Of a stretch of 64,000 nucleotides of DNA, positions 25,786 through 39,393 are shown one piece after another (the stretch's first letter is position 1; every line of letters begins with the position of its first letter). The translations under genes and the position numbers were made by a program. The stretch is taken from NCBI GenBank assembly GCA_002633005.1, contig NMRA01000582.1:200439-264438 (forward strand). Direction: 5' to 3'. A model generated the notes under the pieces. The model saw nothing but the letters and a program-made list of their open reading frames with translations, ran no database searches and was not told the DNA's origin. The stretch comes from Phoronis australis. Taxonomy: Eukaryota; Animalia; Phoronida.

Positions 25786-28700
25786 AACTAGAAAGATTAT
25801 TGTCACGGCGTGACAACAATGGACTCTGCGCGTGCGTATTGCTGGAATTGTTTTGGGAAGTTACTGACAGCAACCCGTTTACCAATATGAAAAGGAATTC
25901 TTAAAAAATGTAAGAGAATTTACATGTTAATATTTTGATGACCTTTCCACTAATTGACCTCTTCCGGTGCATTATGAACCCCGAAGAGGGAATTGTAAAC
26001 TCGATTTAAAGTGTGGTTAATGATAAGAATCACAGATGTTTTACTTTAAGCACTTCAGAATACAAGATGAATGAATTGGTCAAACTTTCAGAAGAAAAAT
26101 GCACCCAATGACCCCATGGATAAACCAAATGACCTGAAAATTTAGAATTCAAACTCAATCGCACTTAGTAAACAGATATGTAATTTTGAAGTTTCTAGCT
26201 CAAAATTTTAATTTGCACTCAGTGGCATTTGACCTATTTTTGATTGGTTAGGCCTATTGCGAAGTAAAGTAAGGTATTCAATTGGCATGTTGACTTACAC
26301 CTGTGTGCTGAAATTAAAAAGAATTCCTTGAAAAATGTAAGAGATATAACATTTTAAACGTTACATGACCTTTGCACTAGTTGACCCTATCCGGTGCATT
26401 ATAAGCTTCTTTAGGAGAATTATTGTAAAGCCCATGAAAAATGTGTTTAATGCTGAGAATCACAGTTGTCTAACGGTTGACACATCAGAATACTTGCTGA
26501 TTGAAAAGGTCAAATTTTCAGAAGAAAAATGCACCTAATGACCCCATGTTTGCACTAAATGACCTGAAACTTTGGATTCCGAATTGAATTACCTGTGCCA
26601 ATCCGACCTGTGTATTTGAAGTATCTAGCTCAAAATTTTAGTTTGCACCTAATGACCTTTGACCTATTAAACCTGATTGGATGACCCGATTACTTAGAAA
26701 AGTAATTTTTTAAATTGCCTTCTTGACTTATACTTCTGTACAGAATTTGAGAAGAATAGCTTTTAAATTAAAGAAGTAGTAGCATTTTAAAAATTAGCAC
26801 CAAATGACCTCTTCCGGTGCATTATGGAATATGATTATATAATGAATCAAAATTTATATACTGCCTTAAATCATATGTTAAATTTGAAGAACACACCTTT
26901 AACCATTTTGGAGTTATTAAGTGTCAAATTTGGTAGGAAGAAGAATAAGAATAAGAACTATAACGCAATTGCGTATGTGCACTTACAACTCTGGGCGTGG
27001 TGTATGCATCCGGATAGTGATGTATAAAGGCATTGCAATGCATAGAAGTTGCATTCTTTGTGTGAAAGAGATGTCTCTGGTAACTACGAAAGAGCAAGCG
27101 TGAAGAGTAAGAATATCAACGGAAAACTGCACCTAATGACCACATAGTTGCACCAAATGACCCCAAAGTTTGTGACTGAATTTTCTTTACGAATGTAAAC
27201 TATATACGTAATTATCTAAGATATAGCTTAAAAATCATTTTTGCACTTAATTACCTTTGACCCGGAAACTCAGTACCCTTTATCCGATTTAAATTCCACA
27301 TAAATTTCGGATGCAGATCTGTAGTGCCTGCTTGTTATCAAAATTCGGAGAGTCTATCTAAAAACCTGTAGGAAAAGAAGCAATTTGATGCAATGCAACC
27401 CTTGACCCTTTTCGGGACAACTCGGTGCATTTTGAGTCAAATCCATGTGATCAATAAAATGTGATCGGCACTTGGTTGAACCACCATGAATTTGAATGCT
27501 ATCCTTAATACATCAATTAAGTACAAGTTGATTGACAAAGTCTTAAATTTTACAGAAAACTGCACTTAATGACCCCAAAGTTGCACCTAGTGACCCCAAA
27601 GTTTGTGACTGAATTTCCTTTATGAATGGTAATCATATTCATGATTATGAAAGGTCTAGTCCAAAAATCACTTTTGCACTTAATGACCCTGACCCGGAAA
27701 CTCAGTTCCCTTCATCCAATTGGAAATCCAAGTAAATTTCCGATGTAGATCTCTAGTGTCTACTTGTCACCAAAATTTGAAGAGTCGATCTAAAAACCTG
27801 TAGAAGAAGAAGCATTTTGTAAAAATGCACTCCTTGACCATTTCGGGTCAATCCGGTGCATTTTGGGTCAAAATATTATAACAAGAAAAAACCCAATGAT
27901 GAACCTATGAACCACAGTGAATATGAATGTTGTTAGCATATCGAAGTAAAAGTACTAAAACTCTGAAAAGGAAGGAATGATAATAATAATGATAATAATA
28001 ATAACTAAAACGTAATTGCGTATGCGCACTTACAACTCTGCGCGTGCTGTGCGCACATGCATGGGAATTTATAGCCGTGTAACGGAGTTTAGAGTTTGCG
28101 TTGTTGGTGTGAAAAAGAGAGATGTCCCTGGTGTGAAAGTTCTCCCGAATGCATAATATAAGTACGAGCTGATTGAAAAAGTCTGAAATTTAATAGAAAA
28201 CTGCACTTAATGACCACTAAAATGCCCCTAATGATCCCCAAAGCTTATGTCTGAACTTCCTTTATAAATCTAAGTCACGTGCGTGATAATGAAAAATGTA
28301 GCTCAAAAATCATTTTTGCACTTAATGACCTTTTACCCAATTAGAATTCCAAGTAAATTTTGGATGCACTTCTTTAGTACCTACTTGTTAAGAAAATTCG
28401 AAGATTCTGTCTAAAATACTGTAGAAGAAACATTTTGACTGAATGCACTCCTTGACCCATTTTGGGTCATTTCGGTGCATTTTGTGTCACACCCATAGAA
28501 TTTGACTGGCAAATGGTTGGACTATCATGAATATGAACGTTCTCTCTAATACAACATGTAAGTACTAGCTAAATAAAAATGTCTAAAATTTGGCACAAAA
28601 TTGCACTTAATGACCCCAAAGCTGCACCTAATGACACAAAAGTTTGTGGTTAAACATTCATGATTATGAAAGATCTAGCTCAAAATTCACTTTTGCACTT

Positions 28701-29150
28701 AATGACCTTTGACCCGGAAACTCAGTTCCCTTCATCTAATTGGAAATCCAAGTAAATTTTGGATGCAGATCTCTAGTGTCTACATGTCACCAAAATTCGA
28801 AGAGTCTATCTAAAACATTGTAGAAGAAGCATTTCGTAAAAATGCACTCCTTGACCCGTTTCGGGTCACTCCGGTGCATTTTGGGTCAAAACATTATTAT
28901 CAGAAAAAACCTAATGATGAACCATAATGAATATGAATGTTTTTAGCGAATAGAAGTAAAAGTACTAACAATCTGAAAAGGAAGGAAGAATAATAATAAT
29001 AATAAGAAGAAGAAGAAGAAGAAGATAAAATACGTAGAAGAACGCGCAGAGTAATAAGAATAAGAAGATAAAATACGTAGAACAGCAAAAGAATAAAACT
29101 GAAGAAAACCCAGGAACAACAGAACTCTGCGCTTGCACGCGCAGAGTAGA
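25786..29150. mobile_element. Helentron/HINE-like non-autonomous element with internal ~420-bp tandem repeats
   Basis: AACTAG start; hairpin TTGTCAC-GGC-GTGACAA; sub-terminal ACTCTGCGCGTGC (25823) whose inverse lies within the terminal hairpin 29124-29147; repeated TAATGACC..TGACC units; (AAT/GAA)n tracts before the end motifs. Confidence 0.75.
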
Positions 29151-29567
29151 AATTTCAAAAGTATTTGTTCCTTAATTGAAGTGTTTTCTGAGTTTGGAAA
29201 GAACCGATAGTTTTTTTTTTCTTCAAATCAAGCTCATAAACGGTAAGTGGCCAAAATCAAAACATTTTTGACAGAAAGCATGTTGCTTTAATCCCCTACA
29301 GGCCTCCACAAAGGCAACTTTCCAATGAAGTTCATTTTACACAAAAATAAATATTAACGTAACAGTTTGAGCTGCATTTCTACAGTTGCACTGAGAACCC
29401 TCCCTTGCCATGGTAACGCTTCTACAACAATGACCTGACCAAGAGGCTCTACTGTCATTGCACCGTATATAGATTACCAAATTGGGGTATTATAGTCACG
29501 ATTAATATCTGTTGTTCAATAAGGCAAGAAAATATTCAGCACCGTCTTAATTACGTGTGTTTTGCAG

Positions 29568-31372
29568 GTTACGAAGTCGTTCCATGTCTTCATTCCTCGA
29601 AGCATTAAAGAAAGGTATTCGCTTGACAAGATAAAGATTTCGATTATGTTGATTGAACAGGACGGCAAAAGTAGAGTTGAAGATTCCCAATTTTTCCGAG
29701 ATGAGACAGATTCCAGTATTTGGATATCAGAAAATCACAAATTTAGCGAAGGTCTGACAGAAACGGTCCGGTACAAGTACATTATTGTGTTGGAGACAGG
29801 AGAGAAAGTTGAAGAAGCATGGAGACGGAAACTGTTTTCACGTTGCCATTTGCATCGGGATTGGTTTGTAGACAGAGAGCTGAAAATTGACAAACAATTT
29901 TCTATTGCTGAAAGAGGATTTTTGTGCCATTTAAGTCGCATGATCTTGGATGTCACTAAGGACACACTATTAAGCTCCCTCTGTCAGTACGATTTCATGT
30001 ACGGACGCTTACCAAAACCGTTCTTTCAAGAGGATCACAAATTCCAAGAAATTTATATACAATTTATCGATACAAAGTTGCCATCAATTCTGGATCCCTC
30101 AAAAAGTACATCGACTCGCCTATTTCTGGTTTGCATACTGTGCTCATTAAAAGATCACCCGACTGTAAACAAGATAAGTAACGAAATGGCCCTTTTATTG
30201 GTGGATACGCTTGCAGAAGATTCACGCACGTTTCGTGAATTGCTTGCGGTCTTCAACGACTCGAAAGGAGCGCATAAGACCATAACGTGGTCGAATTGTT
30301 TGAATTCCATAGCTAAAAGTACAAACCCACTTGACTGTTTATTACAGTCATTCCAATTCCTGCCAGTGTGTAAGGATGTACATTCATTGTTGTGGTATTT
30401 GGATCACCCAACTACTTCATTGCTCATCTTACAAGACCATTTACAAACTAAAACAAAACGTGACTACTCCGCAACAGTTTACAGGAAGTGTGTTCTTTTT
30501 CTTCAACAGTGTTCAAAGCAGGCTAATACCGTTGAACAATTGGAGCGAGTAACTAGCGAATGGTTACATTTCATCAAAAAAGCAGATTTCATCACCAAGA
30601 GTCTTGTTAATGCAGTTCTGGAGCTGACACCTCTTCCACTGTTGATGAGAGTAGGCGCTTCAGTAATTGAAAAGAACTGCTGGGAACATCATTTGACAGA
30701 AATTGAAAAAAACAAGTTTTGCGGAAGCCTGGAGCGCTCCATTGAAAGTAAAGTGAAATGTATTCTAAAAGCCACCGACTTTTTGGATGTTTGGTCCATG
30801 GCTGGGGATTTCCAATTACTAGATTCTTGCCAGGGTTTGCGTGAGACTCTGGGACGGCAACTGGTGAATATCGGAGAGGTTCACATGTCTTCAGTTTGGC
30901 AGTATACTTCCTCTGATGTGAAGGCTTTACAAACCATGTTACTGGACCCCAGGCTTGGTCGACCCGAATACATAGCAGTAATGAGAAGCATGGCACACTG
31001 TGGACTTCGGCCAGGTCGCCAAGTTTTCGTCAACGTGCTAAGGCGCATCGAGAAGATTCCAACAGAATTGGAAGAGTCGCTACTCGCGTGGCAGAATTTG
31101 GAAATGACTTCAATTAATGCAGAAACTGACTCACCACTTGCCCAGATTGAAAGCATGTATTTAATGCTATGTGAAATATTGAGTTTTGACTGTCTGCGGG
31201 AGGCTGCTGACATTCAAGAGCAACTTGACTGCAAAGTCAAGAACACGCTATTGCAGTTTAGTAGCACAATACTCGAAGAATACAGAGCCCAAACACTTAC
31301 AATGACCGAGGCAATGAGAAAGAGGTTCGAGTTACACATAGCACAAAGCCCGAACGTTGACGCCTACTCTGG
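29568..31372 (+). CDS. RNF213-like N-terminal exon (CBM20-like beta domain plus helical stalk), ~601 aa
   Basis: 1.8-kb open frame bounded by TTTTGCAG|GTT (phase 0) and GG|GTGAGT (phase 2); FHVFIP...VRYKYIIV...EEAWRR resembles the RNF213 N-arm CBM20-like domain. Confidence 0.8.
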
Positions 31373-32568
31373 GTGAGTGTGTATAAACAATTGGTTAACA
31401 GGAAAACAATCATATGCCAACACCGGCACCGGTTGAGTTCGGGCTGCTCACCCGGTTCACTAGCCTTAGAGTCGGCCACTTGAATCCACTGGCAGCTTCA
31501 ACTGATGTTGTCGTTCTCTGGTGATTGGGTAACCAGGCGTAAAATTGTCCATATTAAACATGGAGTCGACCAAAGTAGATTTTTAATTTTCATTTTCGAA
31601 AGTTTTTAAATAACGTTTGAATAGTTCGTATAATGTGCACTTGGTTAGGTTACAATTTTAGAAAATCACACAAAAAGTGTGAATATTATAACACAAAAGT
31701 ATTAAGTGCACAGCTAATATTCTGCTTCGATAATTCTGTTGGGTGCCCAACATAATGGCCAAATATCAAGCATCATAAACCAGTCAAGTGTCATCGTAGA
31801 ATTTTGGGCATGTAAGACTGATTATAGTAATTAAACAAGAAATAATGAAATAAGACAAACTTTCATATAAGAGCAATAACTGAAGTGTTTATGCCGCATT
31901 TTATGGAAAAAAGCTAGTTTTATCACAAAAATTGCAACACGTACTTCCGATTCCTATGTAAAAACACCTACATCTATACATTACTTGTTCACCTTTTGGT
32001 TTTATTTCAAGTACTTCGAAAATGACACAACAAACACAGTCAGGTGAGCCATCTCTTCGACGCAAAGAAGGAGCCAAAACTCCTAAAGAGATTTCTGGTG
32101 ACATAAAAGAACAGGTAATATTTTAACGTCGTAAACCATGTACAAGGACATTTTACTGGTATTTTTTTCAGTAAGGTCCTTTACTACTGTGCCTAAGATC
32201 AGGGCTTTGGATAATGATGTCAGACTTGTGTAACCACACAATGGGGATTTAGGTGAACGTTATCTGCAATGTTCAAATTTAAGTTATCTGATTGAAAAGC
32301 ATATGACTTGCTGCATGGTCTATGAGGCACGTGTGCAGATACTGTTCGTCTGCGAAATGAATTTTGAAGCCATGAACAATACCACTGAAGCCGTTCACTA
32401 GTTCAGCTCAAAAATCCATTTGCAAATTGGACGATCATGTAAATGGGTATTTTAAATGGGGCGTTAAACATGGGTTTAGTAGACTGGCCAGAATGACAAA
32501 GCTGGAAACACCAAAAAACCTCGGAAGTTGGTAAATGACTTCACTTCTTGTGAAGATGACGAAACAGA

Positions 32569-33612
32569 TGCCTTTTGCTGTCACGGGGATGGTCTGGGAA
32601 GGAGATTAGTGCAGCAGTATATCCCCAATAATGACAGGTATGAACAGTTCTCTGAGCTTAGACTGATGGCAACTCGGCAAATGCTACCTTACAGACTCAG
32701 TGTTCGATGCTTAGTCTGACTTCGCAAAAATCTCACGTGGCCAAGGGAAATCAGAGCTTTGACAAGACTGACGTCGAAATCGTCGACCAAAAAACGTCGT
32801 GCCGTACTCCGTTCTAAAAAGAATTACTTGCACCTATTTCATTTCTAAAGCATGCACCATTCAATTCAATATCCAACTCAAGTCCTTCCTCCAACTGCCA
32901 ATGAAGAAGCAGACGAGCGAATACAGCGGAGACGCGTGGTCGGAACTTGCCAGATTTTTGCCGAACAATACGTTTTCTCGCTGTTGTAACTTGAACGCGT
33001 GATATGTGCTGACTGCTGATGGATTTTCAGATGGGTTCAAATATTGTGGTGCACTCTAAAGACATGTTATGCATCAGCAGATTTATCTCCTAACCTCTCA
33101 CAAAATCTTTTGGGAGATTGTAAAGTGTTTTCCTAAACTTAACAATAGATAACATCATAGACTATAGTACATCTGTTGTCTATAATCTATGATAACATAC
33201 CATCTTGCCTCCCAATGACAGTTCGCCTCTGCAACATATGATTTTCATGAAATTCAGTAGACGACGCTATATTCCCATTTTTGACGCATTCAACGTATTC
33301 TGTGTCATCTAATGGCCATTGTCGTGATACAAATAAACACCCCCTAGAGGCTTACCGTTTGCATTTCATTCGTGGGCGCATTTCAACACTCTATCATGCT
33401 CTTACATGGAAATTAAGCAGGTGGTTGGCATTCAATTCTACTTAATTGTGATCCCTGAGTTATATTCCTTGTGCAAGAGACTGGAAAGTTTCCGTGATCC
33501 TTATATGACACTGGCGGCTTTACTTACGTGGGGATTCCAATACATTCTTATAGAGGTCATGTTCTTCTGCATCTTGTGTAATACGTACTCGCGGTCAAAT
33601 GTGAGTTTTTGA
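32569..33612. repeat. 1.04-kb segment, copy 1 (copy 2 at 39394-40439)
   Basis: Near-identical direct repeat from TGCCTTTTGCTGTCACGGGG to GTGAGTTTTTGA with scattered substitutions. Confidence 0.95.
33156..33191. mobile_element. 36-bp mini-MITE, CAT..ATG ends, 7-bp TSD (P-element-like)
   Basis: CATAGACTATAG..CTATAATCTATG flanked by ATAACAT on both sides; repeated at 39982-40017. Confidence 0.7.
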
Positions 33613-35289
33613 TACTCGGATGTTTCATGCTGTTTCATTTCCAGCTGCCAAATCCTAGTGATTGTAGAAAAACCCCTTTCTTCATTGTGTGCCATCTACA
33701 GGTTTCCTAGACTGTTTTGGCAAGTAAAACAAATAGCATCGCCATTTTCTTAATGAAGTAATGTATAGTTTAAACCATGAGCTTTGAAACGACCAAGACT
33801 GTTTACCATCAACTTTTTTGGAAAGGGAAACGTCTCGGGCTGGTTTGGTGTATATTTCGCTTTGTGGTGTTTTTGTTTTCAATTATAATGCTGCCTTTTC
33901 AAAGATCAGGTACTTTGCCCTTCATTCCGTGTATACAACTTAACTTATCACAGAGATCTCGACTTTCCGTATTCCTACTTGGCTCTTCATTTCTGTTACT
34001 TAAGATATCGTGGTTGGCATTGTTGTTGATATAAAAATTTGTTTTACTTGATATCTTGGCGCTTCGAACTCCGACTACCTAGCAGGGCAAAGAATTTATG
34101 TGAAGACATCTTCATACACCATTGTTTGTTTTACGATATCTGTGCACACGAGCCTCTTTGCAATATGCTTGACCACACTAAACGATTGCATTGCTTATCT
34201 CTTGTTAATGCCGGCAATTCCAGTTTGACATGGGACGTCAAATTATGAGATGCACGTGCAGACTTCTTATCGTAAGAAACACAGCAATTAAATGATTTAA
34301 TTGATTTTAACCGATTACTAAGTAGTTGCCAAAAAACCTGTGGGCTATGCCCCCCCTCTCACCTTCACGGTGCGCCATCCATCAAGTTACGATCATCATT
34401 TACCCGCTTTTTGAGGTAACAAACCAGGTTTTCGAAAATATCAATGTAAACTCTCTAACCGACCTGTTAATTCTTCCATACAACAAAAACCAAATTTAGC
34501 TTCTTTTCAGGGTCTGTGACAAGCAAACATGGTCATTTTCAGGCTTTTTTAAACACTAAAGTCAACGGGTTATTTTAGTTTTTGCACTGACAAAGTGCAG
34601 GAGAGAAGGAGATTGAACATTTATTGCCCCCATCATGAGCTGAAACTACACATGAGTGAATTTTTGCACTTGAACTATGGGACCATGAAAACCACACAAA
34701 TTGTTTACTAGTAAACATTTACAGTTTTTTTAATGATAGCTACAGAAAATTTGACAACTAGTTTCCCAATTAATATAAATTGATTTATCAAACCCTTGCG
34801 TTGTAAATCCCTTGTCTGCAGTGAGTGTCCTGAAAACTTCATTGGTTAAATATGACTTCACATGTATTCTATAAAAACGAGCAAAATTCTTCAATTTAGC
34901 AAAATACGAAAATTATTTTTAAGGTGGTTACTGCAAGTGGAACTGGTGTTGGTGGGGTTTCGTTGAGTGGAGTTCACAGAATGGAAGATTCGTTTGTGGA
35001 GACTACATCAGGGAACTTCCAGAAACCTTGCAATGATGGTAAAAGAAATGAAGAATCGAGGTAATTGCTCCTAATTAACTTTGTTGTTTCAATGCCATGA
35101 AGTAGACTGCATTAACAAGGTTATAAACACGCGCTACCTCAAAAAAATTGATTGAGACCATTTAACGCTATTTCAACTTGCATGTCCGTTGCGCAGGCCA
35201 TCAAGAAAATTATTATTATTCATAGCTCGCAAATCATTAAAAATTTTACTTTTATTCATAGCTCGCAGTATTTCGTCTTGACATGAGTG

Positions 35290-35703
35290 CCGTTTTCACT
35301 ACAAAAGTTGTCATGGATCAGCTGAAACGGAACGAGATGTTTCAGCGCAAGTGTTTGTAAATGGGACTGACACGGAGCAAATTGACACCGCGGTGACAAC
35401 TTTTGCCACCCGTTTGTGAGGTAGCGCAATTTGCGCTCGATCACCTTGCTCCGTGTCAATTATATGTCTAAATACGAAACTGGAGCAAGGCGGAAAGGAT
35501 CATCTCTACTGCGGTTGTGCAATGACCTCTCTGTCTTTGCAACTCCCGCTATTTGAAAAACTGCGCATGTGCGTTCCACTCTCCCGCCTACAACTTCTGT
35601 ATTGCCACAGTTAGTGAGTTGTGTTTGTAAACGGCTACTTGACGCATATCAATTTGCTCCGTGTCAGTTGTGCCGGGCCAAAAGTTGATGTCTAAACGGG
35701 ACT
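35290..35703. mobile_element. Probable MITE
   Basis: 20-bp inverted pair ACTGACACGGAGCAAATTGA (~35366) / TCAATTTGCTCCGTGTCAGT (~35649); CCGTTT..AAACGG-like ends. Confidence 0.5.
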
Positions 35704-37599
35704 ACAAATATTTGTGAAGTTCAATACCTTTTAAGGAGTGTTGTAGGAACCATATACCGAGATATAGATTACTACGTCGAGATGAAGTGTGTCCCTGTCG
35801 TGAACTAATTTCAAAGGCCTTTGCTGTCATTTCAGTCTTTTCAAGAAATTGTTGGAAGTTTACAGTTATTATGACTATCTCCCAGTTTACCTGTCCTTAC
35901 ACTTCGAGACAGTTGCCCTTTGCCCAAGTGATATATCGTATGACAAATATTTACCAGGCAGACGTTTCCTCACTTGCAATTCGGCTTTCAACATTTTCCT
36001 GTAAATATACCTAGTCTAATTACAGGAGGCTTCTTTGTTACCATCATATTTTAATGCCACCTCAATGTCCACTTCTGACTATACAGTTGTTTTAAACAAA
36101 CGTTTTATGAGCGTTATTATAATTTTGTTTTCAAGTAAATGTTTCTCCCTGATGTTCGATGTAAAATAACTACTGAACTGCGTCGAAGGCAAAATGAATG
36201 CAAGCAGGTTACAGGAAAGATTTGATTCACGTATGAATTTATTGCAAAACTTTATTCTTAAAGATTTAGTCAACAAAATAAGTTAATGAATTCTCGTCGC
36301 TGTTTACTTTACATTCAGCTAGTTGAAGATCCATTTTGTAGTGCAGTAGGGATTAAATGACGCAGCAACTTACATTGACAAGTTAGCCTAAACCTTTTGT
36401 GACATAGCTTATAATATATAATGAAGTAATTCTCAGACAACCATTTTTCTTTGGTTTAAATTAGCAGTTCAAGTGCTGCTGCGACGACGAAAAACTCTAA
36501 ACCATCCGGTGCGCCATCTCTTGGAAGTGTTGAGACAACGAAATCTTCCCAGCTTGAGGGGCGCATGGTATGTAGTAATACGGGGTAGTACTCTTCTATT
36601 GTGGTGTTTGATTATGGCACTAGCTTCAAGTGACCACGTATTGACGCTGTAGGTATAGTGAATATATAATACCAGGTACGGAATTCCATTCGGATTCGAA
36701 AGTGCCGTTTATGTCAACATGTGATACTATCAGCAGATTTCATAAAGGTGGTTCAAAGTTAAACATGGTTTAAGTACACTTTAACCAGGTTTAAAAATAA
36801 TCCGTATTTCAAAAAGGTGGTTCAACTGTCAGACCAGTGGTCCATTAAAAGCTGGTTTAACTCCTGTTTAAATTTGGTCTAAAACCTTTTTTCACTTCAT
36901 CACTTCGGTTTCTTGGCCCTATATTAAAACCTTAAACCAGGCATAACTTTAGACGTGTTCGGACCCACATTTAACACTGTTAAAGGTGACTGACTTGCCT
37001 TATATACTTGTGCTCAACCGTGCAGCTGAAAGACGTCGCGGAGTTCGTCGCCGACGCCAATTTTTAGCGAGATTAAATTAATTTTAATTTTACAACGACA
37101 TAGACTTCGAAAACCTGCTCTGGATGACAAAACAGAGAATAACTCACATCGTGATCTTGTTTCAATGACATCATTTTTTCTGTAATAAGTTTTGTGAAAC
37201 CTTTTTCCTCAGGAGAAGTGTTACCGACAATTTTTTACTCATTTTGTTGATAACAGAGCCACCAGGAATTGTACGTCTGCACTGAATCTACTTACAACTG
37301 TGTGCCGTCATTGATACCCACATGATCACAGTTCCCTTGAAGCACTTCAATAGTTTCTTTGTTGAGACAATCCATCTCGACACAGTAGGGTGTCTTTAAT
37401 TCTTTAAACCTGGTTTACTCAGCCCGCTCCCTTGTCTAACAAAACCAGGTTTTCAGACTTTAAAACCAGGTTAGTGAAATGCAAGTTAGGTATAAAATTA
37501 AACCAGGATCAGGAAGACCATAAAGCCTTCTATCTTCCTTTTTTCGAGTTCATTTCTTAGCATCCAACTCCTTATCTGGCAAATCGCTTACAGCGTGAT

Positions 37600-39350
37600 T
37601 GACATATGTGTTCCTGATCAGAATACCGTGGCTCAGGTTGACTTTTGAACGGCTCCGACAAATGGGCCCACTAGTGGTGATTTCGTCTTTTTTCGTGTAC
37701 AGCTGTATCTCCTTACCCCTTTCAAATCCATCCTACTGGATGCCAACGACGTCATCTACAAGACTGGCAAAGAACAAGGTGATGCTTTTTCACGCGTCTC
37801 ATCCAACAAGGTGGCCACAATGATCAAACTGAAAGAGACCACCTCATCCAATGACTTAGTAGACTCTGCTGGATTGCTGAACATGACTGTCAGTTTTCTG
37901 CACCAGAGGTTGCAGATGCTATTAAGATATGCAAGAAGGTCCGGTGGGCATGAGAATACCGGCACTCAAGTCTTTGCCTGGTCATGTTATGGACAAGCTT
38001 GTCCTATAACGTAAATTCGGCCAACAGAATCATCCATTACATTTGAAAAGATGCATTCTTACGTCCTGTACCCAAACCTGGAAAGGACTGTTGCACGCTC
38101 AAGGGATATTGTGTAATTGTGGTATAAAACGTCAATGCAAAGATTCCTGACAAGAACATGGCACAAACAATCACCAAGTTTAGCGACGGTCGGTCGGAAG
38201 GCGAAAGAAAGATACCTGGTCATGTGTTAAAAAAACATAATCACTTTTGTCTTCTACTACGCCCCCCCCCCCATGATCAACATCAGTCAAAATTAAATTA
38301 ACAGGAGCTAAGAAAGATTCCAGAACATCGTTGTTATTACTGGACGTACGAGGTCATCTTCAGTCACAGCACTACGTTAGCTTGTGGATGTTCCCAGTGT
38401 TGCAGACAAGTAGTCCCTTCTACAAGCTGTCACTGTTACTAAGGCTGCTGAAAATCTCAACAATCCTCTACGCAGTCAAGTTAAGACTGTACTCGACAGA
38501 TTCTTGAACCCTGTACCTGCAATAGCAACCAATATGCTCTGCATATACCTCTTTGCAGAGCGTCCAACCAAAATCTTGGCAGATGCTCGTAGCTTGCCGA
38601 TGCTATAAACTCAACCGTGGGCATCGTCAGTGAACACGAGATCGCACGAGATACTGTTTGGCTGCCAGGACAAGAAGTTGATGTGCGACCGAAATTCACT
38701 TTTGCTTTCAACAGGGAAGCTCGGGAATAGTCCCCTGAAATATCTCAAACACTATGTTGACAGCTATGATGGTGGGTCATTGGCGGTATTGATCCCATCA
38801 TAATAGCAACAGATGTATCCTTCGATGCTGTAACCAACCGTGCCAGATGGGGCTACCAACTTCTTTGTGAAGACAATGTCACAGCTGAAGACAGTTGCCG
38901 CCACCATGTATACACAATTAGTACACGGATGGAGTTTGACACTGTGCAACGTACCCAAACCAAGTTACCATACCTTGATTGGGAGAATCAACCCGTCATC
39001 TTTACCACTGATTCTAAGGCGATTCTTTTGAAAATTAAATCTGAAAATCTCCCGGCTAACTGGTATAACTTCCGATCACGCCACCCTCAACCAACATACT
39101 GTGATCAACTTTTTCGTACCTGGAACCATCGGTGCCTTTGTTAATGAGCTTGTAGAATACCTTGCTGGTTTATGCACCATTAACCAATTCCCCTGCCTAT
39201 ACTCGTCTGATATTGAGGTGCTGGCTCATGGACGCATCTTCCAGTAGACTTCCATCTGGCTGAATTTAACGGTAGTAGCCGACTGCTCTAGACTGGTATC
39301 ACATATGGCTATGCTGCTTAAGGCCACAACAAAAGCCTTTCCCGTGTGTC
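37600..39350 (+). mobile_element. Degraded I-group-like LINE with RNase H, RT core largely deleted
   Basis: SILLDANDVIYKTGKEQGDAF and FSAPEVADAIKICK match the 60000-region copy; RNase H-like IATDVSFD and VIFTTDSKAILLKI; many frameshifts. Confidence 0.7.
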
Positions 39351-39393
39351 GTCGAACCTGACGCTTACAGGCAACATCAGCCCTGGATTTATT

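Noticed and set aside
32528-33002. Short ORFs in the duplicated segment (vaguely SOCS-box-like)
   Set aside because: Stops and frame changes in both copies; the similarity is too weak to support.
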